The notes below the pieces were generated by a model. It made no database searches, was not told where the DNA came from, and saw nothing but the letters and a program-made list of their open reading frames with translations. Shown here in pieces: positions 50,906 to 63,674 of a stretch of DNA of 64,000 bases (positions are counted from its first letter, which is position 1; the number at the start of each line of letters is the position of its first letter). Where the stretch lies: assembly GCF_030028105.1 (NCBI RefSeq), contig NC_092383.1, forward strand, positions 87,253,921 through 87,317,920, written 5' to 3'. A program made the position numbers and the translations under genes. Origin of the DNA: Mobula birostris. Its lineage: Eukaryota.

Positions 50906-51014
50906 AATGTAGATATACTTGTCAAACTTCTGCCACAGAATTAACAAGGACTTCACATTCTGAAAATTCAGAAATAAGATTCAATGCTACTGCAAGATCC
51001 AGTTCTGTCGAAAG
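50906..51014 (+). pseudogene. Stalk exon of the 48-51 kb pseudogene (donor GT>GC)
   Basis: Acceptor tttatctctacag|; encodes ECRYTCQTSATELTRTSHSENSEIRFNATARSSSVE; donor reads AG|gcacaa versus AG|gtacaa in gene 2. Flanking intron aligns with 34090-36560. Confidence 0.8.
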
Positions 51015-53673
51015 GCACAATGTCCTCAATACCAGTGTTTTGATTGACACTACTGCCACATGAAATATAATTGCTGTGATGTTATTGATGGTGGTGGCTT
51101 GCGGAGGATGGGGAGGGTGGAGAGAAGGCGGTGCACCCACTTTCAATCACTAGCATTACTTTGGAGATATGCTAAAGTAAAAGACAATTTGGCTCAGGCA
51201 GTCCAATAGTAGATGTTACCCAAGAATCGTTCGTTTGCCTCTCTGTCCTGTCTTGGTCCGAAAAAAGACCTTTGCCCAGACAGGAACAGGAAGTTGCCAT
51301 GCAATTCGATAGGATGGCTAACAAATCACATTGTGTGTTGGCTTTCATTCGTCAGGGGATTGAATTCAAGAGTCTTGAGGTAATGTTTCAACTCGAAAAA
51401 CTCTGGTTAGTCCACACTTGGAGTATTGTCTTCAGTTCTAGTCACCTCATTATAGGAAGGATGTAGTAGCTTGAGAACAGATTTACCAGGATGATGCCTG
51501 GTATAGACAACATGCTTTATGAGGATAGGGTGAGTGAGCTCAGGTTCGAGGATAAGAGGTGACTTGAGAAAGGTGTTAACGATGATAGGAGGCATAAGTA
51601 GATTGAATAGCAAGCACCTTTATTATTTGGCTATTTTCCACAACCATTGCTCCCATTTTCAAGGACTCTTCATCTCACATTCTCAATATTTATTGCCTTT
51701 TATTATTTATTTATTTATTCATTATTGTTTCTTTCTTTTTGTATTTGCACAGTTTGCTGTCTTCTGCACTCAGGATGATCTACCAAGTTTGGCAGACTTA
51801 TATTGATTCTGTTATTTTCATTATTCTATAGATTTATTGAGTATGCCCACAAGAAAATGAATCTCAGTGTTGTATACGCTGACATAGATGTACATTGAGA
51901 ATACCTTTACTTTCACTTAAACTGCCTATTACCATCAAACTGCACCGGATCATAGACCTCCATATCCTTAATGTCCAAACTTCTCTTATACATTGAAATT
52001 GAGCTTGCATGCTCTACTTGTGCTGGGAGCTCATTCCACACTCTCATGACCCTCTGAGTAAAGATGTTTCCCGTCATATTCCCCTTAAATTTCATTTTTT
52101 TCACCCTAAACCCCTGACCTCTGCTTGTAGTTCCACCCGACTGCAGCGGAAAAAGTCTGCTTTCATCTACCCTATTTATACCCCTCATAATTTTGTATAC
52201 CTCTATCAAATCTCCTCTCAATCTTCTACATTCTAAAGAATATAGTCCTCATTTAATCAATATTTCATTAAAATTCTGGTCCTCCAGACCTGGCCATGTC
52301 CTTGTAATTGTTTTTTGTACTCTTTCAAACTTGCTAATATCTTTCCTGTAGGTAGGTGACCAAACCTGGACACAATACTCCAAATTAGGCCCCATAAACA
52401 TCTTAAACAACCTCAACGTAACATCCAGTCTCCTGGATTTATGAAAGCCAATATGTAAAAGCTTTCTTTAGGATCCTATCTATCTGTGATGCCATTTTCA
52501 ATGAATTATGAAGCTGTATTCCGGGATCCCTTTGTGCTTCCACACTCCTCAGTGCCCTGCCATTCACTGCACAAGGCCTGCCCTGGTCCCTTCTGTGCAT
52601 TACCTTCCGTCTGCAATTCCTCAGCCCACTTTTCCATCTGATGCACACAACAACAAAGGACCCAGCACTAAACCCTGCAGCACAGCGCTAGTCACCGGCC
52701 TCCAGTCAGAGAGGCAACACTCTAATGCTTTTCTCTGTCTTCACTCGCAAAGCCAGTGTCTTATCTTATTTATTACCTCATCCTGAATGCCAAGATCATT
52801 GGCCAAGATCTACCATTGGGAATACCAAATATGTATAGAATGGACAACAGACTTTTCAACCTCAACTGGCTCAAGGTCAAGAACAAAGTCAGCACCATCA
52901 CTATCATGGAGTTTCGGTGCGCAGATGACAACACCATCACAGCACATTCTGAAGAAGAGTTCCAATGTATCTTGAATGCCTTTGCCAAGGGACAAAGGGC
53001 CCAGAATCTTGTTTTGAATATTAAAAAAGACACAGCTCCTATACTAGCCACTACCTAACCAGTATTTATCCAACTCTCCATAAAAGATGATATGAACCTT
53101 AAAAATATAGACCACTTTTCCTACCTTGACAGCATTCTCTCCTCAAAAGCAGACATTGATCAGAGATCAACCACTGCTTTAGCTGTGCAAGTGTAGTCTA
53201 CGCAACGTTAAGGAAAGGGGTCTTTGGAGTAGTGACCTACAGGTCTAAACAAAACTCTTGGTCTATAGAGCATTTGTCCTTCTTACGTTACTGCATGGAG
53301 CTGAATGACGGGCCATGTTCAGAAACAGTTCAGCAATCCGATTCCAGAATCAGAGTGGATAACTTAACTCAACTCAACACTCAACTACTCACTGAACACA
53401 ACCTACGGCCTCACTTTAAAGGTCTCCAGAACTCATATCTTGGTCTTATTTATTTACTTATGTCTTTAACTTTGATTGCCCTTGCAATGTTTGCCTTCCT
53501 TTGCAGATTGGTAGTTTGTCAGTCTTTGTGTGTAGTTTACATTGATTCTATTGCATTTCTTTCTTCCGCTGTGAATACCTGTAAGGAAATTTAACTCAGG
53601 ATAGTATATGGTGACACAGACATACTTTGATAATAAATTTGCCATGAAGTTTTTCAACTTTGATAAGGTGCAT

Positions 53674-54582
53674 CATGCAGCTTGTCTTGGGCACCTGAAA
53701 CCTGTCGAAGTACGTCCTTCTCCAGGTTTGACCACAGCCGATTTCCTCCAACTAGGTGGCTCGCCTTGGTCACGAAAACGTGGCCATTATAGTTCACCTG
53801 AGAACCTTACTGTCCCGGCCAGTGACTTCATTATGGAAGTCATTTGCCCAGTGGTGCCATGTTAACACCACCCCCTCATGTGGTTTAGCCCGCCAGCTGA
53901 AGCGGTTTACCAGGGTATGGCACTTAGAGCCAACGCGTGAGAGATTTGAACAGTGCAGCAGTTCAAATACCTGGGGGCAATCATCAGTGATGAAGGATCA
54001 AGACCAGAAGTCTTGGCAAGAACCACACAGACAATGACTGCACTATCCAAACTCAAGACAATATGGAGGGACAGCAACATCACCATGAAGTACAAGATCA
54101 GACTCCTGCGTGCATTGGTATTCTCCATCTTCCTGTACGCATGTGAGACATGGACCCTCACAGCAGAGCTACAGGGGAAGATCCAGGCATTGGAAATGAG
54201 ATGCTATCGCAACATCTTGGGCATCTCATACTTGGACCATATCACAAACGAGCAGGTCAGCAAGACCATCCAGCACCACATTAGCCCCCATGAAGACCTT
54301 CTCACAACGGTGAAGAAAATAAAGCTGAGGTGGTACGGCCACATAACAAGATCCAGTGGCCTTGCAAAGACCATTCTACAAGGAACTGTGGAGGGGAAAA
54401 GAACAAGAGGTAGACAGAGGAAAAGATGGATGGACAACATTAAAGAATGGACAGGAAAAACATTTGCGGTGACCCAGGCTCTGGCACACAACTGCGACAG
54501 ATGGAACAGACTGGTGCAAAGCTTGTCGTGACAGCGCCCCGACGACTCCACCAGGAGTTAAGGGCACAAGGCAAGGCAAGGC
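53674..54582 (+). mobile_element. RTE-derived element with (CAAGG)n tail and 9-bp TSD
   Basis: RT C-terminal ORF 53953..54531 (FKYLGA...FLYACETWTL...LRWYGH...RGRQRKRW). TSD AAGGTGCAT at 53665-53673 and 54583-54591; the paralogous empty site is at 43581-43589. Confidence 0.9.
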
Positions 54583-55612
54583 AAGGTGCATGATTACTGA
54601 TCTTTCATAACACATTTTGCAGAAATGGAGTGAGAAAAAGACACAGCATGAAAATTTCCAGTCACTCTACAAAGTTCTTAAAGAAGAACGAGCAATGGAA
54701 ATAAAAGTTGGGTGCTGAATAAAATGAGTGAGCTGCAAATTATTGCAGTTTGCTTTGGTCATCAGGGTGTGAATCTGCAAATAAAAGGTGTAACTTTTCT
54801 CAGTACTGATCTGTTACTGTAACCCATGAATGGATAATAAATGTTCACGGAAAATGAGAAGATGAACTGCATTTTTGCAATTATAATTCGGTTAGTAGTT
54901 GGTGATATATATGTACTTCGATAATAAATTTAATTTGAATTTTGAACTTTGAAATGCCCCACTGAGAAGGAGGAGAATCACATTACATCCCTCACCTGCT
55001 TTGCGAGGATGTGAACCAAAAACACCAGAGTCTGTTTGGAGCTCTTGACCTCTTTAGGACAGGGTTATGTGATGGGTGTTGATCAACTGCAGATAATTCC
55101 AGATGCAGTGGTTCCACTTGTAAACCTGGACCTGTTAAACCTGAGCTCATTGATAGCCTGAAGGAAGGAACTTGCTTTGTTTTTATCCGCTGCAAAACAA
55201 TAAATTTCACATCTGAAGACAGTGAAAATAAACCTGATTCTGATTCTGAAAGAGAACCTTTCCCTGTACCAGGCAACCTCAAAGCAATTCTCAAAGGGTA
55301 TAGTTAAGAATTTTAGTGCTCTTTACTTGTCTTACAAAGCAGAATTTAGGGAAGTACCAATGGATGCTTCACATAAGCAACCTGCTCTATTTTCTCCCAG
55401 CATTGCCCAATCACTTCACACCATAAGACATAGGGTGAGAATTAGGCCTTTCAGCCCATTGAGCCTGTTCCTCATTCTATAATGGCTGATTTATCCCTCT
55501 CAACCCTAATCTCACTGTAACCTCAGACACCCTTTCTAATCAAAAGCCTGTCGAACTCCGTTTTAAATATACCCCAATGTTTTTGCCTCTACAGCCGTAT
55601 GTGACAATGAAT

Positions 55613-56240
55613 CGGCGGGAGGAGAAGATGGCAGCGTGACGTGTTTGCGCAGCTCTCCGGCGAAAAATGGTATTGCATCCGTTAAATAGGGGCCGTGGAC
55701 AATTCTGTTTTGATGGAGAGTGGACATGAAAGCACAGAGGAACACCTGGAGAAATTTCTGAAACGCCCATCCGCTGCTGTTGCTACTGTGTGGTCGGGAA
55801 TCTTTCTGAGGGTAGGCCTCAAAATCCCTGGCCTTGCTTGCTTTTGGCAACCGAGAAGGAGATCAAATCGTTCGGCAGAGATGCCGCTCAGTACTCGGTG
55901 TCAGAGAGCTGATCAGAGCTCAAAGTTTTCGGATAACTCAGAGTCGGATTGTGGTTGGCATGGCAGGGAGAGTTTTTCTTCCTTCTCCCGTCTGCGTGAG
56001 ATATGGGACATTTGAGAAACTTTAAACTTTACGGTGCTCACGAACTTTCTTCATCAAGTTATGGTATTGTTACACTGTTTGTAACTATATGTATAATTAT
56101 GTGGTATTGTCAGTTTTTTCAGTCTTGGTTTGTCCTGTGTTTTGTAATATCACACCGGAGGAAATAATGTATCATTTCTTAATGCATACATTACTAAATG
56201 ACAATAAAAGGGGACTATGTGTCTTCATAATCTAATCTAA
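55613..56240 (+). mobile_element. Non-autonomous retroposon-like insertion with (TAATC)n tail
   Basis: Absent from the paralogous site gacaatgaat|tgcacag at ~44290-44307. Starts ...gagaagatggcagcg and ends aataaaa...taatctaatctaa. A related inverted fragment lies at ~49667-49900. Confidence 0.72.
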
Positions 56241-58534
56241 TTCCACAGATTCTGCACCTGTTGGTCAGGGACTCTCTCACCATAGGAAACATCCTCTCCA
56301 CATACACTCCAATTAGGTCCTTGGCTCTTCACTATTCACAATGTTTGAATGAGAATCCTTCCCTCCTCACCATTCTTCTCAACTCCAGTGAGTACCGGTC
56401 CAAACATGCTTCATACATTAACCCTTTGATTCTGGGATTGTTCTCAGGAAGCTCCTCTGGTCCCTCTACAATTACAGCCCATCCTTTCGAAGATGAGGGG
56501 GTCAAAACTGTTTATCATATTCCAAGTGCCGTCTGACCAATATCTTATAAAGCTGCAGTCGTTGGATAACTTCACAACAACAGAATGGAAAGAAGTTTTA
56601 CAATCTCACCGTTATATTTGCTGGTGTGCACATGATTGGGATGAGGTTTAAACACAATGGTTAAATGGATTTTCACTTTTCTTCATCAAATTGTTATTGT
56701 TTTTCAGTGATCTAGTTGCTGATATAAAATGCTTTGCTGAAATGTTTTGATCTCTGCACTTGTTCTCATCAGCATATTTCACCATGATTATGGTGAAGTT
56801 TTCCAAGAAGCGATGGTGCAATGCAGGAAGAGATCGAAATAATTTGTCAATATATAGTGTCCATGGTACTTCCCTATATTTTGCTTGGTAAGATGTTAGA
56901 AAACAGAAGTTCTAACCACATCCTGACACAGATGACAGCAGTGCCTGAAGCAATAGACTCTGCACACATACTATACAATGCATGTTCTTGAATCACCTCA
57001 ACCCTTGCACTACAATAAAACCAAAAAGCAACACATTCAAAATGCTGGAGGAATTCAGCAGGTCGGGCAGAAGCTATGGAATTGAATAGAATTTCTGTAT
57101 GCTGAATGTGTATGATAAGCCCTTCTACATCACACCTATTCCCTACTTTGCTCCTTCCTCAGTAGCAAGTTCCCCAGAACACGTTTGACTGAATTATCAT
57201 CAAGGCAAGATCCAGAATGATGTTCAAATCTTGGAGTGTAAGTCCATATCTCCCTGAAATTTGGAACAGAGGGAGATAGTAAAGTAGTTGGAAAGAGAGT
57301 TTATGACATTGCAGCAGGATAGAGCATTCAGCAATTCACGTTGCAAATGTATAAAAATATGGTTTGGCAACAGTTGGGTATGGTGTGCAGTTGTGTTTGC
57401 CATGTAGCAGGAAGGATGTGGAAACACTGGAGAGGATGCCACATAGCAGAAAGGATATGGAAACATTGGAGGGATTTCAAGGCTGAAGCACAGCAGGCAA
57501 ATGGAATGGGATGGAAAAGGGGTGAGGTTTAGAGGTGAGTGAGAGGTGGAAGCAGATAAGGAGAAAAAGGGAATAGTGTGGAGCCTGGTGGAGGGGTGAA
57601 TAAGTCCAGGTGGAGAAATCTGGAGGCTGTTAAGCTGAAACATCAGGACTACCATTGCTGCAATGTGATATTATTCTGCACGGATCACTATGAAAAGTAA
57701 CATTATAGTCTTAAAATCAATGTCTTCCCTGGGCCATTTCAGTGGACCAATGAGTAATGAACATGACTAGATCTGAAGTCAAATGTAAACCTTGGTGGAT
57801 AGGGATGACAGATTCCTGTCTCATCCATATTTCCTCAGGGAAGGGTTCATGCATTAGATGTCCTGGGGAGTGATGACATGCTTGTCTCGGGGATAAGCTT
57901 GCTGAATATAGAAATACCCATCTCGTTGATATGTCTGAAGAACAGCAGTCTCCTACTCGTCTTGCTCAGCCTCAGAACAGATTGCAAGATCTTTATGCAG
58001 ACCTTGCCTATCCCGAACTAACTCTGCATTAATATCAGTGCCAAAAGTTTTCCTCTCTACTGCTGGTCACTGAACCCATTCACAATTTCATTTACCCCTG
58101 AAAGCCACTGAACATGTGATGGGTATCTCTCAAGCTGTTGCCTTTAAACACTCAGTGGCCACTTTATTAGCTACCTCCCGTACCTCATAAAGTGACCACT
58201 GAGTGTATGTCCATGGTCTTCTGCTGCCGTGGCCCATTCAGTTCAAGGTTTGACTTGTTTTTCAGTACAACACTGATTATTTGAACTCCTGTCATATTTC
58301 TGTCAGCTTGCACCAGCCGGGCCATTCTTCTCTGACTTGCCTCCTTAACAAGGCATTTTTGCTCTCAGAATTTCTGCTCACTAGATACTTTTTTGTTTAT
58401 TGCACCATTGTCTGTAAACTCGAGGGGCTGTTGTGCATGAAAATCCCAGGAGATCAACAGTTTTTGAGATACTCAAACCTCCCCTTCTCGTACCAATTAT
58501 CATTCTACGATCAAAGTTACTAAAATCACATTTA

Positions 58535-59175
58535 ACACAAAATAATCTGCAGATGTTGAGGTCAAAGCAAAACTCACAACACGCTGGAGGAACTCAGCAG
58601 GTCGGGCAGCATCCGTGGAAAAGATCGGTCAACGTTTCAGGCCGGAACCCTTCGTCAGGACTGTAGAGTGAAGGGGCAGAGACCCTTTAAAGAAGGTGGG
58701 GGGAGGGTGGGAAGGAGAAGGCTGGTAGGTTCCAGGTGAAAAACCAGTAAGAGGAAAGATAAAGGAGTGGGGGAGGGGAGGCAGGGAGGTGATAGGCAGG
58801 AAAGGTGCAGAAAGAATAGGGGAAAACACAATGGGTAGTAGAAGGAGGCAGAACCATGAGAGAGGTGATAGGCAGCTGGGGGAGGGAGCAGAGTGACATA
58901 GGGATAGGGGAAGGGAGGGGGAGGGAATTACTGGAAGTTGGAGAATTCTATGTTCATACAAAGGGGCTGGAGACTACCTAGATGGTATATGAGGTTTTGT
59001 TCCTCCAACCTGAGTTTAGGCTCATCATGGCAGTAGAAGAGGCCATGTATGGACATATCTGAATGGGAGTGGGAAGCAGAGTTGAAGTGGGGGGCTACTG
59101 GGAGATCCTGTCTGTTTTGGCAGAGGTGCTTGACGAAGCGGTCCCCAAATCTGCGTCGGGTTTCACCGATTTCCT
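58535..59175 (-). mobile_element. Penelope-like element fragment (GIY-YIG endonuclease C-terminus)
   Basis: Reads IGETRRRFGDRFVKH...VAPHFNSASHSHSDMSIHGL...RLEEQNLIYHLGSLQP..MNIEFSNF. Inserted in a Tc1 derivative. Related termini (atgctggaggaactcagcaggtcaggcagcatc) occur at ~12640, 14930, 33580, 43060, 45320 and 57040. Confidence 0.85.
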
Positions 59176-60835
59176 CCTCATTTCTTTTGTTTGGCCCGAG
59201 CAACAACTGAACCTCTTGACTATGTCTGCATGCTTCTATGAACTGTTTGTCACTAAGGAAATATTGCCTGAAAAACCTGTTGGAATTTTTTGAGGAAATT
59301 CAAGGCAGGACAGACAAAGGAGAGTCAGTGGATAATGTTTACTTGAATGTTGTGAAGGCCTTTGACAAGGGTGCCACACGTGAGGCTGCTTAACAAGATA
59401 AGAACCCATGTTACTGCTGGAAAGACTATGGCTGACTGTCAGGCGGCAAAGACTGGTAATAAAGAGAACCTTTCTGTTTGCCTATCAGTGACTCGTCGTG
59501 TTCTGCACGTGTTGGGACTGCATGATGGAATGGCGGAGCAGACTCTAAGGGTTGAATGGTCTAATTCTGCCCTCCTGTATTATGGTCCCTTTGTCTTATG
59601 GTCATCATTAGCTTTAGGATTTCCTGGGCAGACCTTGTATATTAGAAACGGCTGAAATTCGAGTTTCTGGTTGCTGATTAAAATACCTCATTCACTCAGA
59701 GATATGAGAAAGGAATCCATTGCTTCTCTTTGCATCTGTGTTCAGGAATGATCAAGGCTGCTGCATTTCATGATTGTGTACAGGATAACAGATCTTCAAA
59801 ATCCATGGAAAACACTGCAGGAATGCCTGTCGTAGGTGAGGAGCAGGTCAGTGTTCAGCTTGCTACTCCATGAGCCTTACTCATTACTGTGCTGAACCGA
59901 GGTTGTGGCCTGTAACTAACGGGCTCCTGAATGGGTTGCGGTGATGACTGTTTTTGTGTCTGTGACTCACCTTTGCGAATTTAAGTTCTGAATGTAATTT
60001 GCTTACTTTTATGGTTTGCATGGTTTTTTTCTGAACATTTGTGTTTGACGGTCTTTTTTACTGAGTTCTATTTCATTTTTTTTGTTTTGTGGCTGCCTAT
60101 AGAGAGACAAATCTCAAGGTTGTATATAATATATATACTTTGATAATAAATGTAGTTTGAATTTTTAAATTGAAGTTCAATCTGATTGGCTGTGATTCCA
60201 TAATCTGACTCATCTATGCAATGAAATAGAATTCTGAATTTAACTTTTCAGCAATGTGTTCCAGTTTAGAGAGGATGCTGCAGAGTTATTAGTTGTGGAT
60301 ACAGGAGCTTCACCCCAAATCATCCATGCTGACCACAGTGTCTTCCTGAGCTTCTCCCATTTCCCTGCATTTGGCTGGTATCCTTCTGAAGCTGTTTTGT
60401 ACAAGAACTTGTCCGAATGTATTTTAAATAGTGAATTTGTAACCACTTCCAGCACTTCCTCTGGCAGCCTTTTCCATGTACACACTGCTCTGTGTGCAAA
60501 ACACTGCCCCTCCAGACCCTCTAAGACCTTCCCCTCTCGCCTCAAGCCAAGGCTCTCGGATTATTGACTCCCTTGCCCTGGGATAAAGACTGCGACCATC
60601 CACCATAGTTCTGTCCCTCTTAATTTTTAACCCTCTATCAGGTCACCCCTCAGCTGTGTTCACTTCATTACTGTGTTCTTTATCTTTTCAGTACTTTTTT
60701 GCTGCACCAGATTCAGAGTAAAAATTATTTCGCTCTGCTTTCCTCTTATGTTTAGGGAATGATATTATACAATCTGGAATCTGCTTGTGTAAATTTGATT
60801 TTACCTGTCCATTTTCTGAAGAACTTCTCCCTCAG

Positions 60836-61155
60836 TTTCAGGTGCTATATGGGCAGAAGATAAAGTAAGAGGAGTTTTGAGAAGAATGATCACAATCGAT
60901 TGTCACTATGCACCAGTGTACCGTTCACACACAAAGTATTTGTGCCGCATGTGGGGTCATCAATGCACACTGTTAGTGAATACAAATGAGCAAAATGAGC
61001 AGTATGAAAGAGTAACAATCAGAGATAACGCATATTTACTGTTACTTTGGAGAGCCTTCTCTCTCAAGATTCAGGACTTTGCAGTTGTGTAATTAGAACA
61101 GCCGGCAATTACTCAGAGTTTGACGTGCATCTACAAGTACATCTCCATGTCCTGG
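60836..61155 (+). pseudogene. Pseudo V exon (more diverged paralogue)
   Basis: cttctccctcag|TTTCAGGTGCTATATGG; reads ITIDCHYAPVYRSHTKYLC...QC. About 10 nt are deleted after GATAAC, causing a frameshift. W>L and Y>C changes hit Ig core positions. Confidence 0.88.
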
Positions 61156-61524
61156 GTGACATGTTCCTTGCACTGTGTCCACTTCCTCCAATGAAATTTC
61201 AGTATCATAAAGGCACCTCTGAACTTCTAACTTCTCTATTTTTCCTGAATCCATTTTCACTGTGTAGTTTCTAATTCAAAGAACTCATTTGTAAGAGATT
61301 AAGTTACAGTGATTATGTGCCTGTAACTGATGATCACAGGTTGTTCCCCTTCCCCCATCCCGTCATTCAGTCAACACCAGTTGACTCTTCCAGTTGAACT
61401 CTGGCTCTGCTTACTTAGCTCATCCACTCCACCAAGATTACAGAGGAAACAGGAGGTAAATATTTCAAACTCAAAGCCATATCGTTTTGTCTCATTAATT
61501 CTGTATCTCTTCCCCTTTACTCAG

Positions 61525-61615
61525 TTTCATGATAGGGAAGGTTGGTCATTGGCTGCTCTTCACTCTGCTGGTGATCTGCACTATTTCAGTCACATGGTTC
61601 ACAAGGGAAACTAAG
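61525..61615 (+). pseudogene. Paralogous TM exon (FMIGKVGHWLLFTLLVICTISVTWFTRETK), frame still open, Arg>His
   Basis: Splice sites intact (tttactcag| and AAG|gtaggc). Lies 370 nt after the frameshifted V exon, with no stalk exon recognised between them. Confidence 0.8.
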
Positions 61616-62764
61616 GTAGGCTTCTGGACATCAGTGGAATTTGCTTTCAAATATACTCATCATTTGAGGAGAGACATTTAAATACATTGACCTTTTCTTA
61701 TCCAATAGTCAATCCAAAACTATTTGCAGATGATATTCACAAGATGTCGACACACTGTATGTGTGCAGAATGCTTGATGTGAATATATTGGAGTCTAAAA
61801 ACTCTAGATACAACTCTAAAGCAGAGTTCCCAATGTCAATGGGTCTGATGATTGACCGTTGCCTTTTGTGAGGATGTATCAGGTCCTCACAAACTGGTCC
61901 ATTAGGTAAAGTGAAGGCTTCTGACTGCTGGAATTTTGCGCCAAGATAAAATATTCATACTCCTTCCCACTTTATGCAAGGGATTTATCATTTGTGAAGT
62001 TAACCACTCTTGTCATTAAATTGTTAACTTCATGAAGGTGAAAAAATAATGTTACCATTCTTCAAGAGAGTGATTTATTTTTAGCATTCTGTTTCCAACA
62101 TGTCTCAATATTGTGGCACTTCTTATTTGTTGCCACAGCAACTATTTTTAACCCTGTCACAGCTGTGAACTGCTTAAGACGATTTTACTCTATTAAACTC
62201 TCTTCTATGGATTTAAATGCCAGAGGTCGTTGTGTCTTCCAATAATTAATAAGCAGTCAGTTAAAATACTTGTTTATAAACTGCTGAAGTTAATAAGTCA
62301 TTTATCCAGTTGGTTTAGTTGAGAATGAAACTTTATACATGACGAACAGATCACATTCAGGTTCCTGGATTTTATTGATGCAGTCAGGATCATAAGACCA
62401 TAAGCACAGGAGCGGGATTAGGTCATTCAGCTGTTTCAGTTCCACAAAATGAGTTTACACAGCTTTTCAAATATTCCAAGCTGAAGCCTCCAGTTAGTCA
62501 ACTAAGAACTTATCCAGGAGAAAAAGTAATTCCTGTGAGAATGGCATTTGTAACTGAGAAATACAACAACAAGAAGCCACATTGAGCTTTTATGTGGTAA
62601 GAACAGAAGGGCCAGCATCGTGGGGACATGTTTGGCTGAGACAACTACTAATTGACTGGAAATCCATTCACTACTTCGCATGCCATAGCCCCTGCAATGA
62701 AGTTAACTGGAAACAAACTTAAAACAGTACTGGATGATGCCACAACTGTCTCCACACAGAACAG

Positions 62765-63362
62765 CATGAACCACTGCTAAATGGACCACTGCTAACAGGT
62801 GTCGGTCCCAACCTCTGTACTTCTGGTTGGAAAGCATATTGGATAAGGAAGGACCATGCTGTTCAGTAGTGTGAAAGTGATGAAAACACTGGTCTGACAA
62901 TAACAGTTTTTGTGGGCAACATATCAGAGAATGCTTCTGGCATGTTAGTAGTCAGGCGGTTATTTGTGAAATATGGTTTGGTTTTAAAATAGAAGACAGT
63001 TCCAGGAGCTTCAGGAAAGTTGCAAGCATATGGCTCTTGTGAGAATAAAGAACCAGAATCTACTGTGTGTGCATTATACTTATTGCATGAACTTCAAGTG
63101 AGAGACAAAAAGCTGCTTGTAAAAGTAGATGCAATGACCAAGGCCCAGCTGGATTAATAGAAGGTCAAAAGGAAAGGAGTCAATGGAGAGTCAAAAGCAG
63201 AGGATTCATCAGATGATGATGTGGATGAGAAAACCAAGAGGACAGATCAGGTTGTAATGGGAGAAACAGAAGGATTAATAAGAGAATACTCCAATTAACT
63301 AACTGCACCTTCCCAACATCAAGATACATAAACTAGAAGGAGAAAAGGGAAGGAGAAGAAAA
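62765..63362 (+). pseudogene. RBM25: Intronless RBM25 fragment (processed retrocopy, RRM region)
   Basis: Translation TVFVGNISENASGMLVVRRLFVKYGLVLK*KTVPGASGKLQAYGSCENKEPESTVCALYLLHELQVRDKKLLVKVDAMTKAQLD**K...DEKTKRTDQ...LIREYSN*LTAPSQ matches vertebrate RBM25 (TVFVGNISEKASDMLIRQLLAKCGLVLSWKRVQGASGKLQAFGFCEYKEPESTLRALRLLHDLQIGEKKLLVKVDAKTKAQLDEWK, recalled from memory). Multiple stops are present. Confidence 0.9.
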
Positions 63363-63674
63363 ATGTCCAGAGCTGTCAGAACCACTTTCTGCGGTCTTAA
63401 AGTCAGCTCCTACAACCACCATGGACAAGGCCCCAGAACCTGAGATAGTTTCACAGCCACAAGTATTAACTGCCAGGCGGAGTGATCCTACTGGTCAGGA
63501 AAGATGTTGTCCCACAGGAGTAGGAAATCCTCCACAGCAATTAAATCATTAGGCCTGAATGAGACAAATTAAAATTTACTATGCTGTGGATGTCTGCAAA
63601 TAGTAGCTGCATGATATATTATACTTTGTATATAGTTGATATGCATACTATATTGAGTTGCAAGCAGGGAGAAG

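Larger units (their letters stand above)
52640..58530 (+). repeat. Segmental duplicate of ~41140-49230 lacking the V exon
   Basis: Collinear matches, e.g. 41281/52776, 43500/53560, 44040/55020, 46480/57110 and 48520/57840, with shared old CR1, RTE and Tc1 fragments. Identity is roughly 75-85% by eye. Confidence 0.85.
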
